This document shows, piece by piece, positions 27,277-37,938 of a stretch of 64,000 nt of DNA. Numbering within the stretch: position 1 is the stretch's first letter; every line of letters starts with the position of its first letter. Both the position numbers and the translations under genes were made by a program. Under the pieces are notes generated by a model that saw nothing but the letters and a program-made list of their open reading frames with translations, was not told the DNA's origin and ran no database searches. The stretch spans positions 2,670-66,669 of the forward strand of contig SHYW01000010.1 in the NCBI GenBank assembly GCA_009692615.1. The letters run 5' to 3'. The DNA is from Deltaproteobacteria bacterium (GTDB lineage: Bacteria > Desulfobacterota > Binatia > UBA9968).

Positions 27277-29211
27277 ATGAATCGAATCATTTCCCCCTAT
27301 GGCTCCTGGAAGTCGCCGATCAGCGCCGACATCGTCGCCGGCGGCGAAATCGGTCTGGAGCAAATCCGCATCAATCTCAACAGGGGCGACGACATCTATT
27401 GGATCGAACGCCGCTCTCAAGAAGGCGGCAGAAAAGTCATCGTCCGCCGTTCTGCAGACGGCAACATAACGGATGTGACGCCAACCGGATTCAACGCCCG
27501 TAACCGCGTGCACGAGTACGGCGGCGCCGACTATGCAATTTCGAATGACGCCATCGTCTTCTCAAACTTCGCCGATCAGCGGCTGTATCGGCAAACCCTG
27601 GCTGGAGAACCGCAGCCGTTAACGAAGCAAGGCAACTATCGTTACGCCGACGGCCAGATCGACCGGCCCAGAAATTTATTTTACTGCGTGCGCGAAGATC
27701 ATTCCGCTCCGGGCGAAGCCGTCAACGCGATCGCACGCGTCGACCTTAACGGCGACAACTCTGGCGAGATCGTCGTTTCGGGAAATCATTTCTATTCTTC
27801 GCCGCGTCTGAACCCCGACGGCTCACAACTCGCTTGGCTGACTTGGAATCATCCTAATATGCCGTGGGACGGCACCGAGCTTTGGCTCGGCAAACTAGGC
27901 GACAACGGCGCAGTGATTGAGCAAATAAAGATCGCCGGCGGCGTTGATGAATCGATCTACCAGCCCGCATGGTCGCCTGACGGCGTGCTCCACTTCGCTT
28001 CCGATCGTACCGGCTGGTGGAATCTCTATCGGTGGCGTGAAAATCAAATTGAAGCGCTGTGCCCGATGGCCGCCGAGTTCGGCCAACCGCAATGGACATT
28101 CGGCGGCTCGCTTTACGGCTTCGCATCCGACAAACAAATTATTTGTAGCTACACGAAGAACGGCAACGATTATCTCGCCACGCTCGACATAGAAACGAAA
28201 AACTTGCGCGACATCGAACTTCCCTATTCAGCCATTTCACAAGTCCGCGTCACTGGAAACCGCGTCGTCTTCATCGGCGCGTCCGCAACCGAGACAAGCG
28301 CGGTTGTCGCCTTGGATCTTTCGACGAAACGATTCGAAGTGTTGCGCAGGTCGCGCGACACCGCCGTCGAAGACGGTTATCTCTCCGAAGCGCGGGCGAT
28401 CGAATTCCCAACCGAACAAGGTTTAACCGCGCACGGATATTTTTATCCGCCGCGGAATCGCGACTACGCCGCGCCGGCAAACGAAAAGCCGCCGCTATTG
28501 GTGCTGAGCCACGGTGGACCGACCTCGTCGAGTTCCGGCTCATTGAAATACTCGATTCAATATTGGACCAGCAGAGGCGTCGCAGTGCTGGATGTCAACT
28601 ACGGCGGCAGCTCCGGCTACGGCCGCGCCTATCGCGAAAGATTGAACGGCCAGTGGGGTATCGTCGACGTCGACGACTGCGCCAACGGCGCGCGCTATCT
28701 CGCGGAGCGAGGCGAAGTCGACGCTAATCGCTTGGCGATACGCGGCGGTAGCGCCGGCGGCTACACGACGCTGTGCGCGCTGACATTTCGCGATATATTC
28801 AAAGCCGGCGCCAGCCACTACGGCATCAGCGATCTCGAAGCGCTCGCCAAAGACACCCACAAGTTCGAGTCGCGCTATCTCGACCGTCTGATCGGTCCGT
28901 ATCCCGAACGCCGCGATCTCTACGTCGAACGTTCGCCGATCCATTTCACCGACCAATTAAATTGCCCGATGATCATCTTCCAAGGCCTAGAAGACAAAGT
29001 TGTCCCACCCAATCAAGCTGAGAAAATGGTCGAGGCCGTGCGGACGAAAAAACTTCAGGTAGCCTATCTGACTTTTGAAGGCGAGCAACACGGCTTTCGC
29101 AAAGCCGAAAACATCAAGCGCGTGCTCGAAGCGGAGCTGTATTTCTACTCGAAGGTGTTCGGATTCGAGCTGGCCGTGCCGGTGGAGCCGGTTGAGATCG
29201 AGAATCTGTAA
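27277..29211 (+). CDS. S9-family serine peptidase (prolyl oligopeptidase / acylaminoacyl-peptidase-like)
   Basis: 644 aa. A beta-propeller N-region is followed by an alpha/beta catalytic domain with GGSAGGYT (nucleophile Ser) and ..FQGLEDKVVP..EGEQHGF (Asp/His regions). Confidence 0.9.
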   Translation: MNRIISPYGSWKSPISADIVAGGEIGLEQIRINLNRGDDIYWIERRSQEGGRKVIVRRSADGNITDVTPTGFNARNRVHEYGGADYAISNDAIVFSNFADQRLYRQTLAGEPQPLTKQGNYRYADGQIDRPRNLFYCVREDHSAPGEAVNAIARVDLNGDNSGEIVVSGNHFYSSPRLNPDGSQLAWLTWNHPNMPWDGTELWLGKLGDNGAVIEQIKIAGGVDESIYQPAWSPDGVLHFASDRTGWWNLYRWRENQIEALCPMAAEFGQPQWTFGGSLYGFASDKQIICSYTKNGNDYLATLDIETKNLRDIELPYSAISQVRVTGNRVVFIGASATETSAVVALDLSTKRFEVLRRSRDTAVEDGYLSEARAIEFPTEQGLTAHGYFYPPRNRDYAAPANEKPPLLVLSHGGPTSSSSGSLKYSIQYWTSRGVAVLDVNYGGSSGYGRAYRERLNGQWGIVDVDDCANGARYLAERGEVDANRLAIRGGSAGGYTTLCALTFRDIFKAGASHYGISDLEALAKDTHKFESRYLDRLIGPYPERRDLYVERSPIHFTDQLNCPMIIFQGLEDKVVPPNQAEKMVEAVRTKKLQVAYLTFEGEQHGFRKAENIKRVLEAELYFYSKVFGFELAVPVEPVEIENL

Positions 29212-29331
29212 GGCACGCACGAGTGAAGGCTTGTCAAATTGCCCGTCAACGCGCAACTAAATTTCCTTATCCATTGACTGTTCAGATTTAGATAGTTTAT
29301 AACTACCTCCTGACACTGGAAGTGTCCCCCG

Positions 29332-30432
29332 ATGATCAACCCATCACAGACTTTCGACGATTGGTACGTAAAAAGCTCTTATCAGGATTTTGTTAAGCAA
29401 GAAGGAGTCCCTCTATACGAAGGCAGCGCGATCGAGGATCTCGCCGCGCTGCCCCTGAGCGATTGGGAGAGAAGAGGGGGAAAGGCCGCGTATACCCGCC
29501 TGGGCGACCAGGAAATCTACAACCTTCAAATCGTGGAGATCCCGGCCAAAGGCGAATTGAAACCCGAGCGCCACATGTACGACTCGGTCATGTACGTCAT
29601 GCAAGGGAGAGGAGCCACGGCGGTTTGGCAGCCGGGTGAGCCCAAACACACCATCGAATGGGAAGAGGGAGCGCTGCTAGCGATCCCTCTGAACGCGTGG
29701 CATCAGGAATTCAATAGCTCGGGCACTGAACCCTGCAGAATACTTTTCGGCACCAACATGGCTCAGGTTATTAACCTGTACCACAATCTGGAATTTGTCT
29801 TTAACAACGACTTTTGTTTCCGCGATCGGTACTCGTTTGCGATGCAGGATTACTTTTCAGGGAACGGCAAACACTGGAATTTACGACTCCACGAAACCAA
29901 TTTCATTGCAGACATCCGCAAGTTGAATCTCGACCCTTATCCTGAACGGGGCAACCGAACATCGATCATGCGCCTTGCGATGTCCAACACCTCCATCGGC
30001 ATGCACGTAATGAGCGCTTCCGAAGGAACCTACGTCACCGCGCACCGGCATGATGCGCGCGCGCACGTGATTGTCATCGAGGGCCAAGGCTATGAGCTGC
30101 TCTTCATGCCCGGGGAAGAAAAGAACCGCCGCAAGGTGCGGACTCGTCCTTACGGGGTGGTGGCCCCTCGGACCAACGAGTTCCATCAACACCACAACAC
30201 CGGGAAGGGTGACTATAAAATGTTGGCCTTTCGGGGTAGCGGTTTGCGTTACGGGAGTGGCAGAAGCTACAACCCGGCGCTCACCGCGCAGGATAAAGAT
30301 CCGTACTCCAAGTACGGCTTCAAGATCTCCTATGAGCGGGAAGATCCCGCGATCCGAGAGGACTATTACAAAGAGCTGGAAAAAAATAACATCCCGCACC
30401 GACTCAACCCGGTCGAGCAAAGCGGCGGCTGA
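29332..30432 (+). CDS. Bicupin-domain protein (dioxygenase-like)
   Basis: 366 aa with two cupin-like cores (..ERHMYDSVMYVMQGRG.. and ..TAHRHDARAHVIVIEGQGYELLF..EFHQHHN). The precise activity is unknown. Confidence 0.55.
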   Translation: MINPSQTFDDWYVKSSYQDFVKQEGVPLYEGSAIEDLAALPLSDWERRGGKAAYTRLGDQEIYNLQIVEIPAKGELKPERHMYDSVMYVMQGRGATAVWQPGEPKHTIEWEEGALLAIPLNAWHQEFNSSGTEPCRILFGTNMAQVINLYHNLEFVFNNDFCFRDRYSFAMQDYFSGNGKHWNLRLHETNFIADIRKLNLDPYPERGNRTSIMRLAMSNTSIGMHVMSASEGTYVTAHRHDARAHVIVIEGQGYELLFMPGEEKNRRKVRTRPYGVVAPRTNEFHQHHNTGKGDYKMLAFRGSGLRYGSGRSYNPALTAQDKDPYSKYGFKISYEREDPAIREDYYKELEKNNIPHRLNPVEQSGG

Positions 30433-30459
30433 GAACAATGAAACGAAGATGACCTGCCT

Positions 30460-31929
30460 ATGGAATCCGAGCATACCGTAAAGAGCCTCCACAGTTTTCT
30501 CGACGATGTCCGTGCTTTGGACCCGGGATACTTGCTGAACGTGGAAGAAGAGCTGGATCCCCGGTTCGAAATTTCCGCCTTACTGGTAAAGTTGGACCAC
30601 GCGCGCAAATTCCCCATTGTGATGTTTCGCCGGGCGAAAGATGTTCAGGGAAATCCGTCCCGCTTTCCGCTCCTTTCCAATCTCTTTGCCAGTCGCCGGC
30701 TCTGCGCGCTGGCGCTGGACTCCACCGTCGAGAGAGTGGGCCTAGACTTCGACTTGAAAAGCCAGAACACAAGACCGCCACTGGTGATCGCCAAAGAGCA
30801 AGCGCCGGTCAAGCAGTGCATTCTCGTCGGCGATCAGGCCAACCTTTATGACTTTCCTGTCCCGCTGCCCTATCACATGGAGGGAGGCCGCACGATCCTG
30901 GGTTCTATCATCACGACGGTGGATAAGGACACCCGGAAAATTTACAACTGCGCGTACCAGACCCTGAGGGTTTTGGGACCGAGACGAGCGACGATGGGTT
31001 TAGGAGAGGGTAGTCATAATTGGGAACGTTTCCGCGAACGGCGAATCCACGGCGAGCCTACACCCTTTGCAGCTTGGATCGGCCACCATCCCGCCGCGTG
31101 TCTAGGCTCCCTAACACGCGCCTCCATCGATGTCGACGAGTATTCGGTCATCGGCGGCATCCTCGATCAACCGCTTCGGCTGGTTGCATCGGAAACCTGG
31201 GGCGAGGATTTTCTTGTGCCGGCCGACGCGGAAATTGTCATCGAGGGAGTGATCCTGCCAAACGAGAAAGGCCGCCACGGGCTCCGCGCCGATTTCGCGC
31301 GCTATTATTCGCCGGAAACGCTTCGGCCCATTGTGGAGATCCACGCGATCACCCACCGCCGCGGCGCCATATATCACGACATCCACCTGGGCGGACGGGA
31401 CCAAGACCACTTGGGAGGAATTCCCCTCGAAGGGGCGGTGTATCGTGCCGTCAAACAGGCCGTGCCCACGGTAAGAAACGTTCATCTTCCCTCATCGGGC
31501 TGCAGCCGCTTTCACGCCTACGTGCAAATCATGAAAACCGCTCCGGGCCAAGGAAGAGAGGCGATCGTCGCCGCCCTTGCCGTTGATCGGCGCTTAAAAC
31601 ATATCGTGGTGGTAGACGAAGACATCGATGTTTTCGATGACGCGGATGTGCTTTGGGCGGTAGCGACGCGCAGCCGCTGGGATCGAGATCTGGTGGTTAT
31701 TCCCAATATGGTTTCAACCACTCGCGACCCGACGGCCTACGCGGTTGGCCCTGAAGATCTTAGTTACCAGGCCTATACTGTCGCCAAGGGCGGCATCGAC
31801 GCAACCAAACCGGCGGCGCCGGAGCCCTTCGAAATCAAGATTCAGGTGCCAGAGGAAACCATGCGCAAGGTTGATTTGGAGAAATGCGTCGGCAGCGCTA
31901 ATTTGGCACGAATCCCATCTGACGCTTAA
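30460..31929 (+). CDS. UbiD-family (prenyl-FMN-dependent) decarboxylase
   Basis: 489 aa. The N-terminus LHSFLDDVRALDPGYLLNVEEELDPRFEISALLVKLD..PIVMF and the overall length fit the UbiD family. Confidence 0.75.
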   Translation: MESEHTVKSLHSFLDDVRALDPGYLLNVEEELDPRFEISALLVKLDHARKFPIVMFRRAKDVQGNPSRFPLLSNLFASRRLCALALDSTVERVGLDFDLKSQNTRPPLVIAKEQAPVKQCILVGDQANLYDFPVPLPYHMEGGRTILGSIITTVDKDTRKIYNCAYQTLRVLGPRRATMGLGEGSHNWERFRERRIHGEPTPFAAWIGHHPAACLGSLTRASIDVDEYSVIGGILDQPLRLVASETWGEDFLVPADAEIVIEGVILPNEKGRHGLRADFARYYSPETLRPIVEIHAITHRRGAIYHDIHLGGRDQDHLGGIPLEGAVYRAVKQAVPTVRNVHLPSSGCSRFHAYVQIMKTAPGQGREAIVAALAVDRRLKHIVVVDEDIDVFDDADVLWAVATRSRWDRDLVVIPNMVSTTRDPTAYAVGPEDLSYQAYTVAKGGIDATKPAAPEPFEIKIQVPEETMRKVDLEKCVGSANLARIPSDA

Positions 31930-32117
31930 TGGGAGAAAGTCGCATTATGGCCAGCTCAATCAGAATTACATGTCCCGGTTGTAATCAGGAGTTCTTGGTT
32001 TCTCCCCAGTTCGAAAAGCTAAGGATCGCAGCCAAGTGTCCGTTTTGCGAAAACGAATTCGCTATCGCAGATGGCAAGAACGTCGTCCGGCCAACTCCTA
32101 TCTTACTAGTCAAATAA
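31929..32117 (+). CDS. Small zinc-ribbon protein (CPxC..CPxC)
   Basis: ITCPGCNQEF..AKCPFCENEF. ATG 31929 overlaps the UbiD stop (TAATG). An alternative ATG 31947 follows GGGAGAAAG. Confidence 0.5.
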   Translation: MGESRIMASSIRITCPGCNQEFLVSPQFEKLRIAAKCPFCENEFAIADGKNVVRPTPILLVK

Positions 32118-32136
32118 TTCGACAAAGAAAGATACC

Positions 32137-33237
32137 ATGCTACGAAGAACGCGCCCTCGCTGGTGGTACTTCGTACCGGTTTGCGCGGTTTTCCTGCTCT
32201 CCTCGTTTTGGCTCAGCGTTCAGGGGGCGGAAATGGCCAGTCGGCTTCCCGAGCGAATAAACAATCTCGCCGCACCGGAGCGAGAAAACTTGTTGGTGGA
32301 GGGGGCAAAAAAAGAAGGCGCGGTCATGTGGTACGCGAACTGGGCGGGCGACGAGGTCGAGAAGATCTCGCAGGGATTCAAGAAAAAATATCCACTCATC
32401 AACGTTCTCGTCTTTCGCGGTGTCAGCGGTAAAGTTGAAGACAAAATTACCACCGAGTACCGGGCGGGGAAGCACCTTGCCGATGTAGTTCTCGCCGGCA
32501 CGTCGAAGATGGCGCTTTTTCGCGAAGGTGGAATCATCGGTCGCTATCTGTCGCCCCAAGTGCGCGCTCTGCAGCCCAAACTTTACGATAGAGACGGTTG
32601 GTGGGTGAGCTTGGCCATGAGTCCGACGGTGATCGGGGCGAACACCAATCTCGTTGCTCCTCAGGAAACTCCCAAAGAGTGGCGCGACCTGCTCGACCCT
32701 AAGTGGAAAGGGAAAATAGGACTCGATACGGAGCCTGACATCATGATTTTGGGGATGGTTCAGGCTTGGGGCGATGAAAAGACTCTGGAATTTATCCGCG
32801 CGCTGGCGCGAAACCAACCGCAGATCCGCAGCGGCCACACGCTCCTCGCCCAGCTGGTGGCTGCCGGCGAGCTTCCAGTTGGAGCGGAGTTGTACGGCTA
32901 CCGGGTGGCCGAGCTGATTGCAAAAAAGGCGCCCTTGCGGATGTCATATCCTAACCCGGCCATTTTTAGTCTGTCACCGATCATGACGGCCGCGTTGCCG
33001 CCTCACCCGCATGCCGCGGCGCTCTTTTATGATTTCCTCCTCTCGGAAGAGGGCCAGACTATAATTGGAACGGACATCGGCAGAACCCCGGTGCGCAAGG
33101 GTATTCCCGCGCGCAATCCCGAATTCGTCAAAGTGCAGGAATCCGACGCGTTCCTCCCTTTGGACCCGTTGATGGCCGGCAAAAAGAGCAACGAAGCGAA
33201 ACGCTGGATCAAAGAAATCCTTCTTGTTCGCAAGTGA
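32137..33237 (+). CDS. ABC transporter substrate-binding protein, Fe3+/AfuA-like family 1
   Basis: 366 aa with a signal peptide. KKEGAVMWYAN..GFKKKYPLINVLVFRG resembles the SBP at 23095. Confidence 0.8.
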   Translation: MLRRTRPRWWYFVPVCAVFLLSSFWLSVQGAEMASRLPERINNLAAPERENLLVEGAKKEGAVMWYANWAGDEVEKISQGFKKKYPLINVLVFRGVSGKVEDKITTEYRAGKHLADVVLAGTSKMALFREGGIIGRYLSPQVRALQPKLYDRDGWWVSLAMSPTVIGANTNLVAPQETPKEWRDLLDPKWKGKIGLDTEPDIMILGMVQAWGDEKTLEFIRALARNQPQIRSGHTLLAQLVAAGELPVGAELYGYRVAELIAKKAPLRMSYPNPAIFSLSPIMTAALPPHPHAAALFYDFLLSEEGQTIIGTDIGRTPVRKGIPARNPEFVKVQESDAFLPLDPLMAGKKSNEAKRWIKEILLVRK

Positions 33238-33333
33238 TTTTGTAACCGTGGCCGATTCGATCTGACGGCCGCAATGACCGCCTGACCGGATTCCATCAGC
33301 GCGCACACGCGCGATGATTCGCCTCAAGCCATA

Positions 33334-35040
33334 ATGCAAGCGGAGACAAGCCGACTGGACTGGAGGTCGCTCATTCTTCTCGGGACCGCCGGGATCGTGG
33401 TCTATCTCACCTTGATCCCCGTCATCATGGTCATTTACGGAAGTTTCCAGGACGGCCCGCCCGGAACCAAGACCCATTTCACCCTGCAGAATTATGCCCA
33501 GGCCTTTGCCAATTCAAATCTCGGCCGGGCCACCTGGAACTCTCTGATCTTTGCGCTCGGCGGCGGCAGCCTGGCGTTTTTCATCGGCTGCTTGCTCGCG
33601 TGGCTGACGGAGCGAACCAACATCCCTTTCCGCGGGTTGATCTATGGCGCCGTTTTCACGGAGATCATGATCCCCGGCATTATCGAGAGCATTTCACTCG
33701 TGCTGCTTTTCAGCCCCAAGATCGGCCTCGTGAACCTCGCTCTCATGAACCTGTTCGCGCTACCAGATCCGCCGTTCAACGTATACAGCATGGGAGGAAT
33801 GATCTGGGCGTTCGGCACGGGAAGCTTTACTACGGCATTTCTCCTCATCGCGGCGGCTTTCCGTTCCATGGACCCATCGCTGGAAGAAGCGGCAATCATG
33901 TCCGGTAGCGGCATCCTCCAAACGCTTCATCAGGTCACCTTGCGACTGATTTCTCCCGCCCTCCTGGCGACTTGGTTGTTGCTGTTTATTCGTGCGGTAG
34001 AGACCTTCGAAGAGGCGGTGATCCTGGGGCTTCCCGCGGGAATCACCCTGCTCGCGACCGAAGTATACTTGAGCGTCCGCGAGGTGCCGACCAATTACAA
34101 CCTCGGTGCCACGTTCGCGATGATTTATCTAGTCATCGCCGGAGCGGGACTGTTGCTCTACTTTCGCGCGACGCGCCACGCCGAGAAATACGCGGTCATT
34201 ACCGGCAAAGGCTTCCGCCCTTACGTCATGAATCTCGGCCGAGCGCGCTATCTGTGCGGTTCTCTCGCTCTGTCTATCTTGAGCTTGGTTCTCGGCCTCC
34301 CTGTCCTGGTGATTCTCTATGCGTCTTTTCTTCCTTGGTACGGGTCCCCGTCCGCGAGCATGTTTCGGCTATTCTCCCTGGACAACTACCGTTGGCTGAT
34401 CACCTACAACGCGATTCTAAACGCGCTGGGCAATAATTTGATCGTCGGTCTCGGCAGCGCCAGCATCTGCGTATTTCTCACCTCGATCGTCGCTTGGATC
34501 GTCATCCGCACGAACATCCCCGGACGCAAGCTCCTCGATGCGCTCGCCTTCTCACCCATCGCCTTTCCGGGCATGGTCTTCGGCCTTTCACTCCTTTGGC
34601 TGTATCTGACCGTTCCGATCCCAGTCTATGGCACGCTATGGATTCTGGTGATTGCCTACGTGAGCAAGTATATGCCGATCTGCATGCGCGCCTGCAGCAC
34701 CGCTCTCACGCAGGTGCATAAAGAGCTCGAAGACGCTTCGCTGATGAGCGGCGCCTCCTGGTGGTATACTTTTTCCCGCGTACTCGTGCCGTTGATCCTT
34801 CCGGGAATGTTTGTCGGCTGGGTCTACGTGCTGACCATGAGTTTTAAAGTCCTGTCTCTGCCCGTCCTTCTCGGGCACGCGGGCACGGAGGTCATCCCGG
34901 TTCTTATCTTCGACCTTTACGAAGGCGGGCAGTACACCCAGCTCAACGCGCTTGGCGTCGCCGTAGTGGCTCTGGTTACCGCTCTGACTTTGCTAGCACG
35001 GCGCGTAAGCCAGCGGTTCAGCGTGGCGGAGATCCGATAG
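33334..35040 (+). CDS. ABC transporter permease, fused double-TMD (FbpB/AfuB-like)
   Basis: 568 aa, highly hydrophobic, with two repeated permease halves. It sits between the SBP and the ATPase. Confidence 0.85.
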   Translation: MQAETSRLDWRSLILLGTAGIVVYLTLIPVIMVIYGSFQDGPPGTKTHFTLQNYAQAFANSNLGRATWNSLIFALGGGSLAFFIGCLLAWLTERTNIPFRGLIYGAVFTEIMIPGIIESISLVLLFSPKIGLVNLALMNLFALPDPPFNVYSMGGMIWAFGTGSFTTAFLLIAAAFRSMDPSLEEAAIMSGSGILQTLHQVTLRLISPALLATWLLLFIRAVETFEEAVILGLPAGITLLATEVYLSVREVPTNYNLGATFAMIYLVIAGAGLLLYFRATRHAEKYAVITGKGFRPYVMNLGRARYLCGSLALSILSLVLGLPVLVILYASFLPWYGSPSASMFRLFSLDNYRWLITYNAILNALGNNLIVGLGSASICVFLTSIVAWIVIRTNIPGRKLLDALAFSPIAFPGMVFGLSLLWLYLTVPIPVYGTLWILVIAYVSKYMPICMRACSTALTQVHKELEDASLMSGASWWYTFSRVLVPLILPGMFVGWVYVLTMSFKVLSLPVLLGHAGTEVIPVLIFDLYEGGQYTQLNALGVAVVALVTALTLLARRVSQRFSVAEIR

Positions 35041-35042
35041 AG

Positions 35043-36152
35043 ATGATGATCCGCGCTCACAATTTGAAGAAAGCGTTTGCCACCCAGGAGGAAAAAGTTT
35101 CCGCTTTAAATGGGATCGGCTTTGACGTCGAGTCCGGCAGCTTCTTTACTCTCTTGGGGCCTTCGGGATGCGGCAAGACCACCACCCTTCGCTGTATCGC
35201 GGGACTGGAGAGGCCCGATGAAGGAGAGATCGCGATCGGCGACAGGACCGTCTTCTCCTCTTCGCAGCGCATTTTTATTCCCGGAAATAAGCGCGATATC
35301 GGAATGGTTTTCCAGTCCTATGCGATCTGGCCGCACATGACCGTATACGGGAACGTTGCCTATCCTTTGCGGGCCAGGGGGCGGCCGCGAGCCGAGATTG
35401 AAGAAAAAGTTCATGCCGCGCTCAAGCTGGTGGGATTAGAGGATTTCCACGACCGGCTGGCGCCGCGGCTTTCCGGTGGGCAGCAGCAACGCGTCGCGCT
35501 CGCGCGCGCGTTGGTTGCGGAGCCGAGCGTCCTTCTCTTGGATGAGCCACTCAGCAACCTCGACGCCAAGCTGCGTAACCAGATGCGCTGGGAACTCAAG
35601 GACCTGCAGCGGCGGCTCGGAACCACGACGATTTACGTGACCCACGATCAAGTCGAAGCGCTGGCGATTTCGGATCGCATCGCGCTGATGAATAAAGGTC
35701 AAATCGCGCAGATCGGGACTCCGCGGGAGATCTATGCCAACCCGGTGAACGAGTTTGCCGCTGACTTTATCGGCGCCGCGAATATCATCAGTGGGGAGCT
35801 GAGCGAGGAGATAGACCATCGTAGCTTTGCGCGCATCACGACATCCTTTGGGGTGCTGATGGCGACGCAAAAGGGAGAGCTGAATAAGGCGTCGAAGGAT
35901 GTGCTGATCGCTTTCAGACCCGAGGATGTGTCACTAGTGAGCCAAGCGACTTGCGCCGAGGGTCAGCATAATGTTTTCCAAGGAATTGTCCAGGGATCGA
36001 CCTACCTTGGGGACTCAAGCGAATTTAGGATAACGGTTGGAGAACAGAGAATCCAGGCCAAAACAGATAGTACCACCCATTTCCCCGTCGGCGCCGTCGT
36101 CTATCTCAGTATCGCGCCGGCAGCGTGTCTAGTTATTCGCCGCGGCGATTGA
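35043..36152 (+). CDS. ABC transporter ATP-binding protein (FbpC/PotA-like)
   Basis: It has Walker A GPSGCGKTT, the signature LSGGQQQRVALARAL and Walker B LLLDEPLSNLD, plus a C-terminal regulatory/TOBE-like region. Confidence 0.95.
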   Translation: MMIRAHNLKKAFATQEEKVSALNGIGFDVESGSFFTLLGPSGCGKTTTLRCIAGLERPDEGEIAIGDRTVFSSSQRIFIPGNKRDIGMVFQSYAIWPHMTVYGNVAYPLRARGRPRAEIEEKVHAALKLVGLEDFHDRLAPRLSGGQQQRVALARALVAEPSVLLLDEPLSNLDAKLRNQMRWELKDLQRRLGTTTIYVTHDQVEALAISDRIALMNKGQIAQIGTPREIYANPVNEFAADFIGAANIISGELSEEIDHRSFARITTSFGVLMATQKGELNKASKDVLIAFRPEDVSLVSQATCAEGQHNVFQGIVQGSTYLGDSSEFRITVGEQRIQAKTDSTTHFPVGAVVYLSIAPAACLVIRRGD

Positions 36153-36425
36153 GAATAACCCTGCGGAGCGTGATCATTATCGCCTCAACACCTGCGTCAT
36201 ATTTGCATTCGTCTTTAGGCACTCAATCCTGGTTTGGATTTGTCGGAGCCTTGTGGGCGATACGCCACACTGCTCGTCAACCGCCCCAAAACAAAGATTT
36301 CCAGCCCTGCGCGTGTCCGCGCCGTTCTTAATCTACAAGGAGAAAAACTTACTTGACATCAATAATAATTAAATCTAAACAATAGGCTCCGCGACGATTT
36401 TAACCGAGAAGAACAAACCCTGAAT

Positions 36426-37409
36426 ATGTCGATCCTCTTCCTTCTCCAACTTTTGGGTACATGTCTCGCCTTGATATTAACGTTTGGGCAGGGGTTTAGC
36501 GCCGAGCCGCAAAAACTCGATCGCCTGAAGATCGGCTATGCTTCGATCAGCGGCAACCGGATCTCGCTATGGGCGACGCAAGATGCCGGTTTTTTTTCCC
36601 GTCATGGCATTCAAAGCGAGCTTATTTTTTTTCCTACGTCTGCACAGGGAATGCCGGCTCTTCTGGCTGGGGAGGTGCCGATATACTTAGGATCGGCGGA
36701 CACCGCAGCCCTAGCGGCGGCGCGGGGCTTTGAACTGGTCATATTTGCGAGCAATGAACCGACTCAATATAAGCTTATCGTCCAGCCCCATATTAGGAGC
36801 GTGAATGAATTGAGGGGACAAAGAATCGGCGTCGATCGTATCGGCAGCTCGAGCTATTACGCGACCAAAAGGATGCTAGAGAAGCTTGGGCTAAAAGCGC
36901 AAGACATGAAATTCTTGCCGGTCCCCGGCGGTGGGAATCAAAGAGCAGCGGCTTTCAGCTCGGGCAATCTCGAAGCGGTTGTCTCCACTGTTGAACGGTT
37001 CGAGCGCGCGAAGATTCCGTATCATGTTTTGGCAGATGCTGTCAGCATGGGTATTCGGGTGTTCGGCAATTCGTTTATCACGCCGCGTGTCTTTCGCGAT
37101 CAGAATCGAGATATTCTCACGCGATTTATCAGAGCCTTGGTCGACGCGAGTTACTGGCTCAAGGATCCAAAGAACCGAGAGAGTGCGCTCAAGATAGTGA
37201 GCCAGAGGCTCAGAACCTCGGACCCGGCGGTATTGAGTCTTAATTATCGCCTCTACATAGAACCGCTAATACCTTTACCGTATACCGACATCAATGACCT
37301 AAGGACAAACATCGAAGATCTCGCCCAAGAAAATGCCAAGCTTCGAGATTTCGATGTCGCTCGGATGGTAGATAATAGTTTCATACGTCAGGTCCAGCAG
37401 GATCGCTAG
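36426..37409 (+). CDS. NMT1/SsuA-like substrate-binding protein
   Basis: 327 aa with a signal peptide and family blocks (IRSVNELRGQRIGVDRIGSSSYY, LEKLGLKAQD). Confidence 0.8.
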   Translation: MSILFLLQLLGTCLALILTFGQGFSAEPQKLDRLKIGYASISGNRISLWATQDAGFFSRHGIQSELIFFPTSAQGMPALLAGEVPIYLGSADTAALAAARGFELVIFASNEPTQYKLIVQPHIRSVNELRGQRIGVDRIGSSSYYATKRMLEKLGLKAQDMKFLPVPGGGNQRAAAFSSGNLEAVVSTVERFERAKIPYHVLADAVSMGIRVFGNSFITPRVFRDQNRDILTRFIRALVDASYWLKDPKNRESALKIVSQRLRTSDPAVLSLNYRLYIEPLIPLPYTDINDLRTNIEDLAQENAKLRDFDVARMVDNSFIRQVQQDR

Positions 37410-37938
37410 CTGGTCTCGCCCACTGGGGCAGATAGTATTTTCTGATTCTATACGTTCGGCAACTCCATCCGTAGCGCCAACCCCAGCACATAAACTAAAC
37501 GGCATTTTCCTGGTTCAGCGCACAAAGCAAGTGGGCTTGTGATTGAACGCGCCATCGACCGACGCGGCGCTAACCGTTTGGCATCGGGGTCGCTCGCCCA
37601 ATCCATTTAGTCGATCGGGGCAAAGAGTTCTTCAATCTTGAGGCGCCGATCGGTTAGCCTTAAACCGACAATAAAATTGGCGTCAGGCAGCCAATTTGAG
37701 TTTGTCCTCGATGGGTTCGATCCGTTCTTGCGCCGCAGGAGTCACCGAGAAGCGCCGCACTGAGTAGCCTTGAGGCCAGATAAGACATGCCGAATGGTGA
37801 ATCCGCTTGAATCGGATCGTTTTCAACCTGTGTAGCAAGTAACCGCAAGTCCGTTTGCGCGATCTGGGCTTTGTTGTCGCCAGCGTCTGGAGCTGAAAGT
37901 TTCGTAGCAGGTTGTGGCTCAACACCGAGATCCGTTGC

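Larger units (their letters stand above)
29212..37938. mobile_element. Putative inserted cargo segment between the intact S9 peptidase gene and a displaced copy of its 3' end
   Basis: The segment is bounded by 29014-29211 and its diverged direct copy 37939-38136. It carries a self-contained gene set (bicupin, UbiD, Zn ribbon, ABC transporter, SBP). No recombinase is seen. Confidence 0.4.

Noticed and set aside
37712-37722. GGGTTCGATCC, resembling a tRNA T-loop
   Set aside because: The flanking bases cannot form a T-stem or an acceptor stem, and no D or anticodon arm could be drawn. It is not a tRNA or a tRNA fragment.
37683-37775. Minus-strand peptide ..GYSVRRFSVTPAAQERIEPIEDKLKLAA* that faintly resembles the N-terminus of a ParE/RelE-type toxin
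   Set aside because: It offers only about 25 residues of vague similarity, with no start, no partner gene and no further domain. That is not enough to call a remnant.
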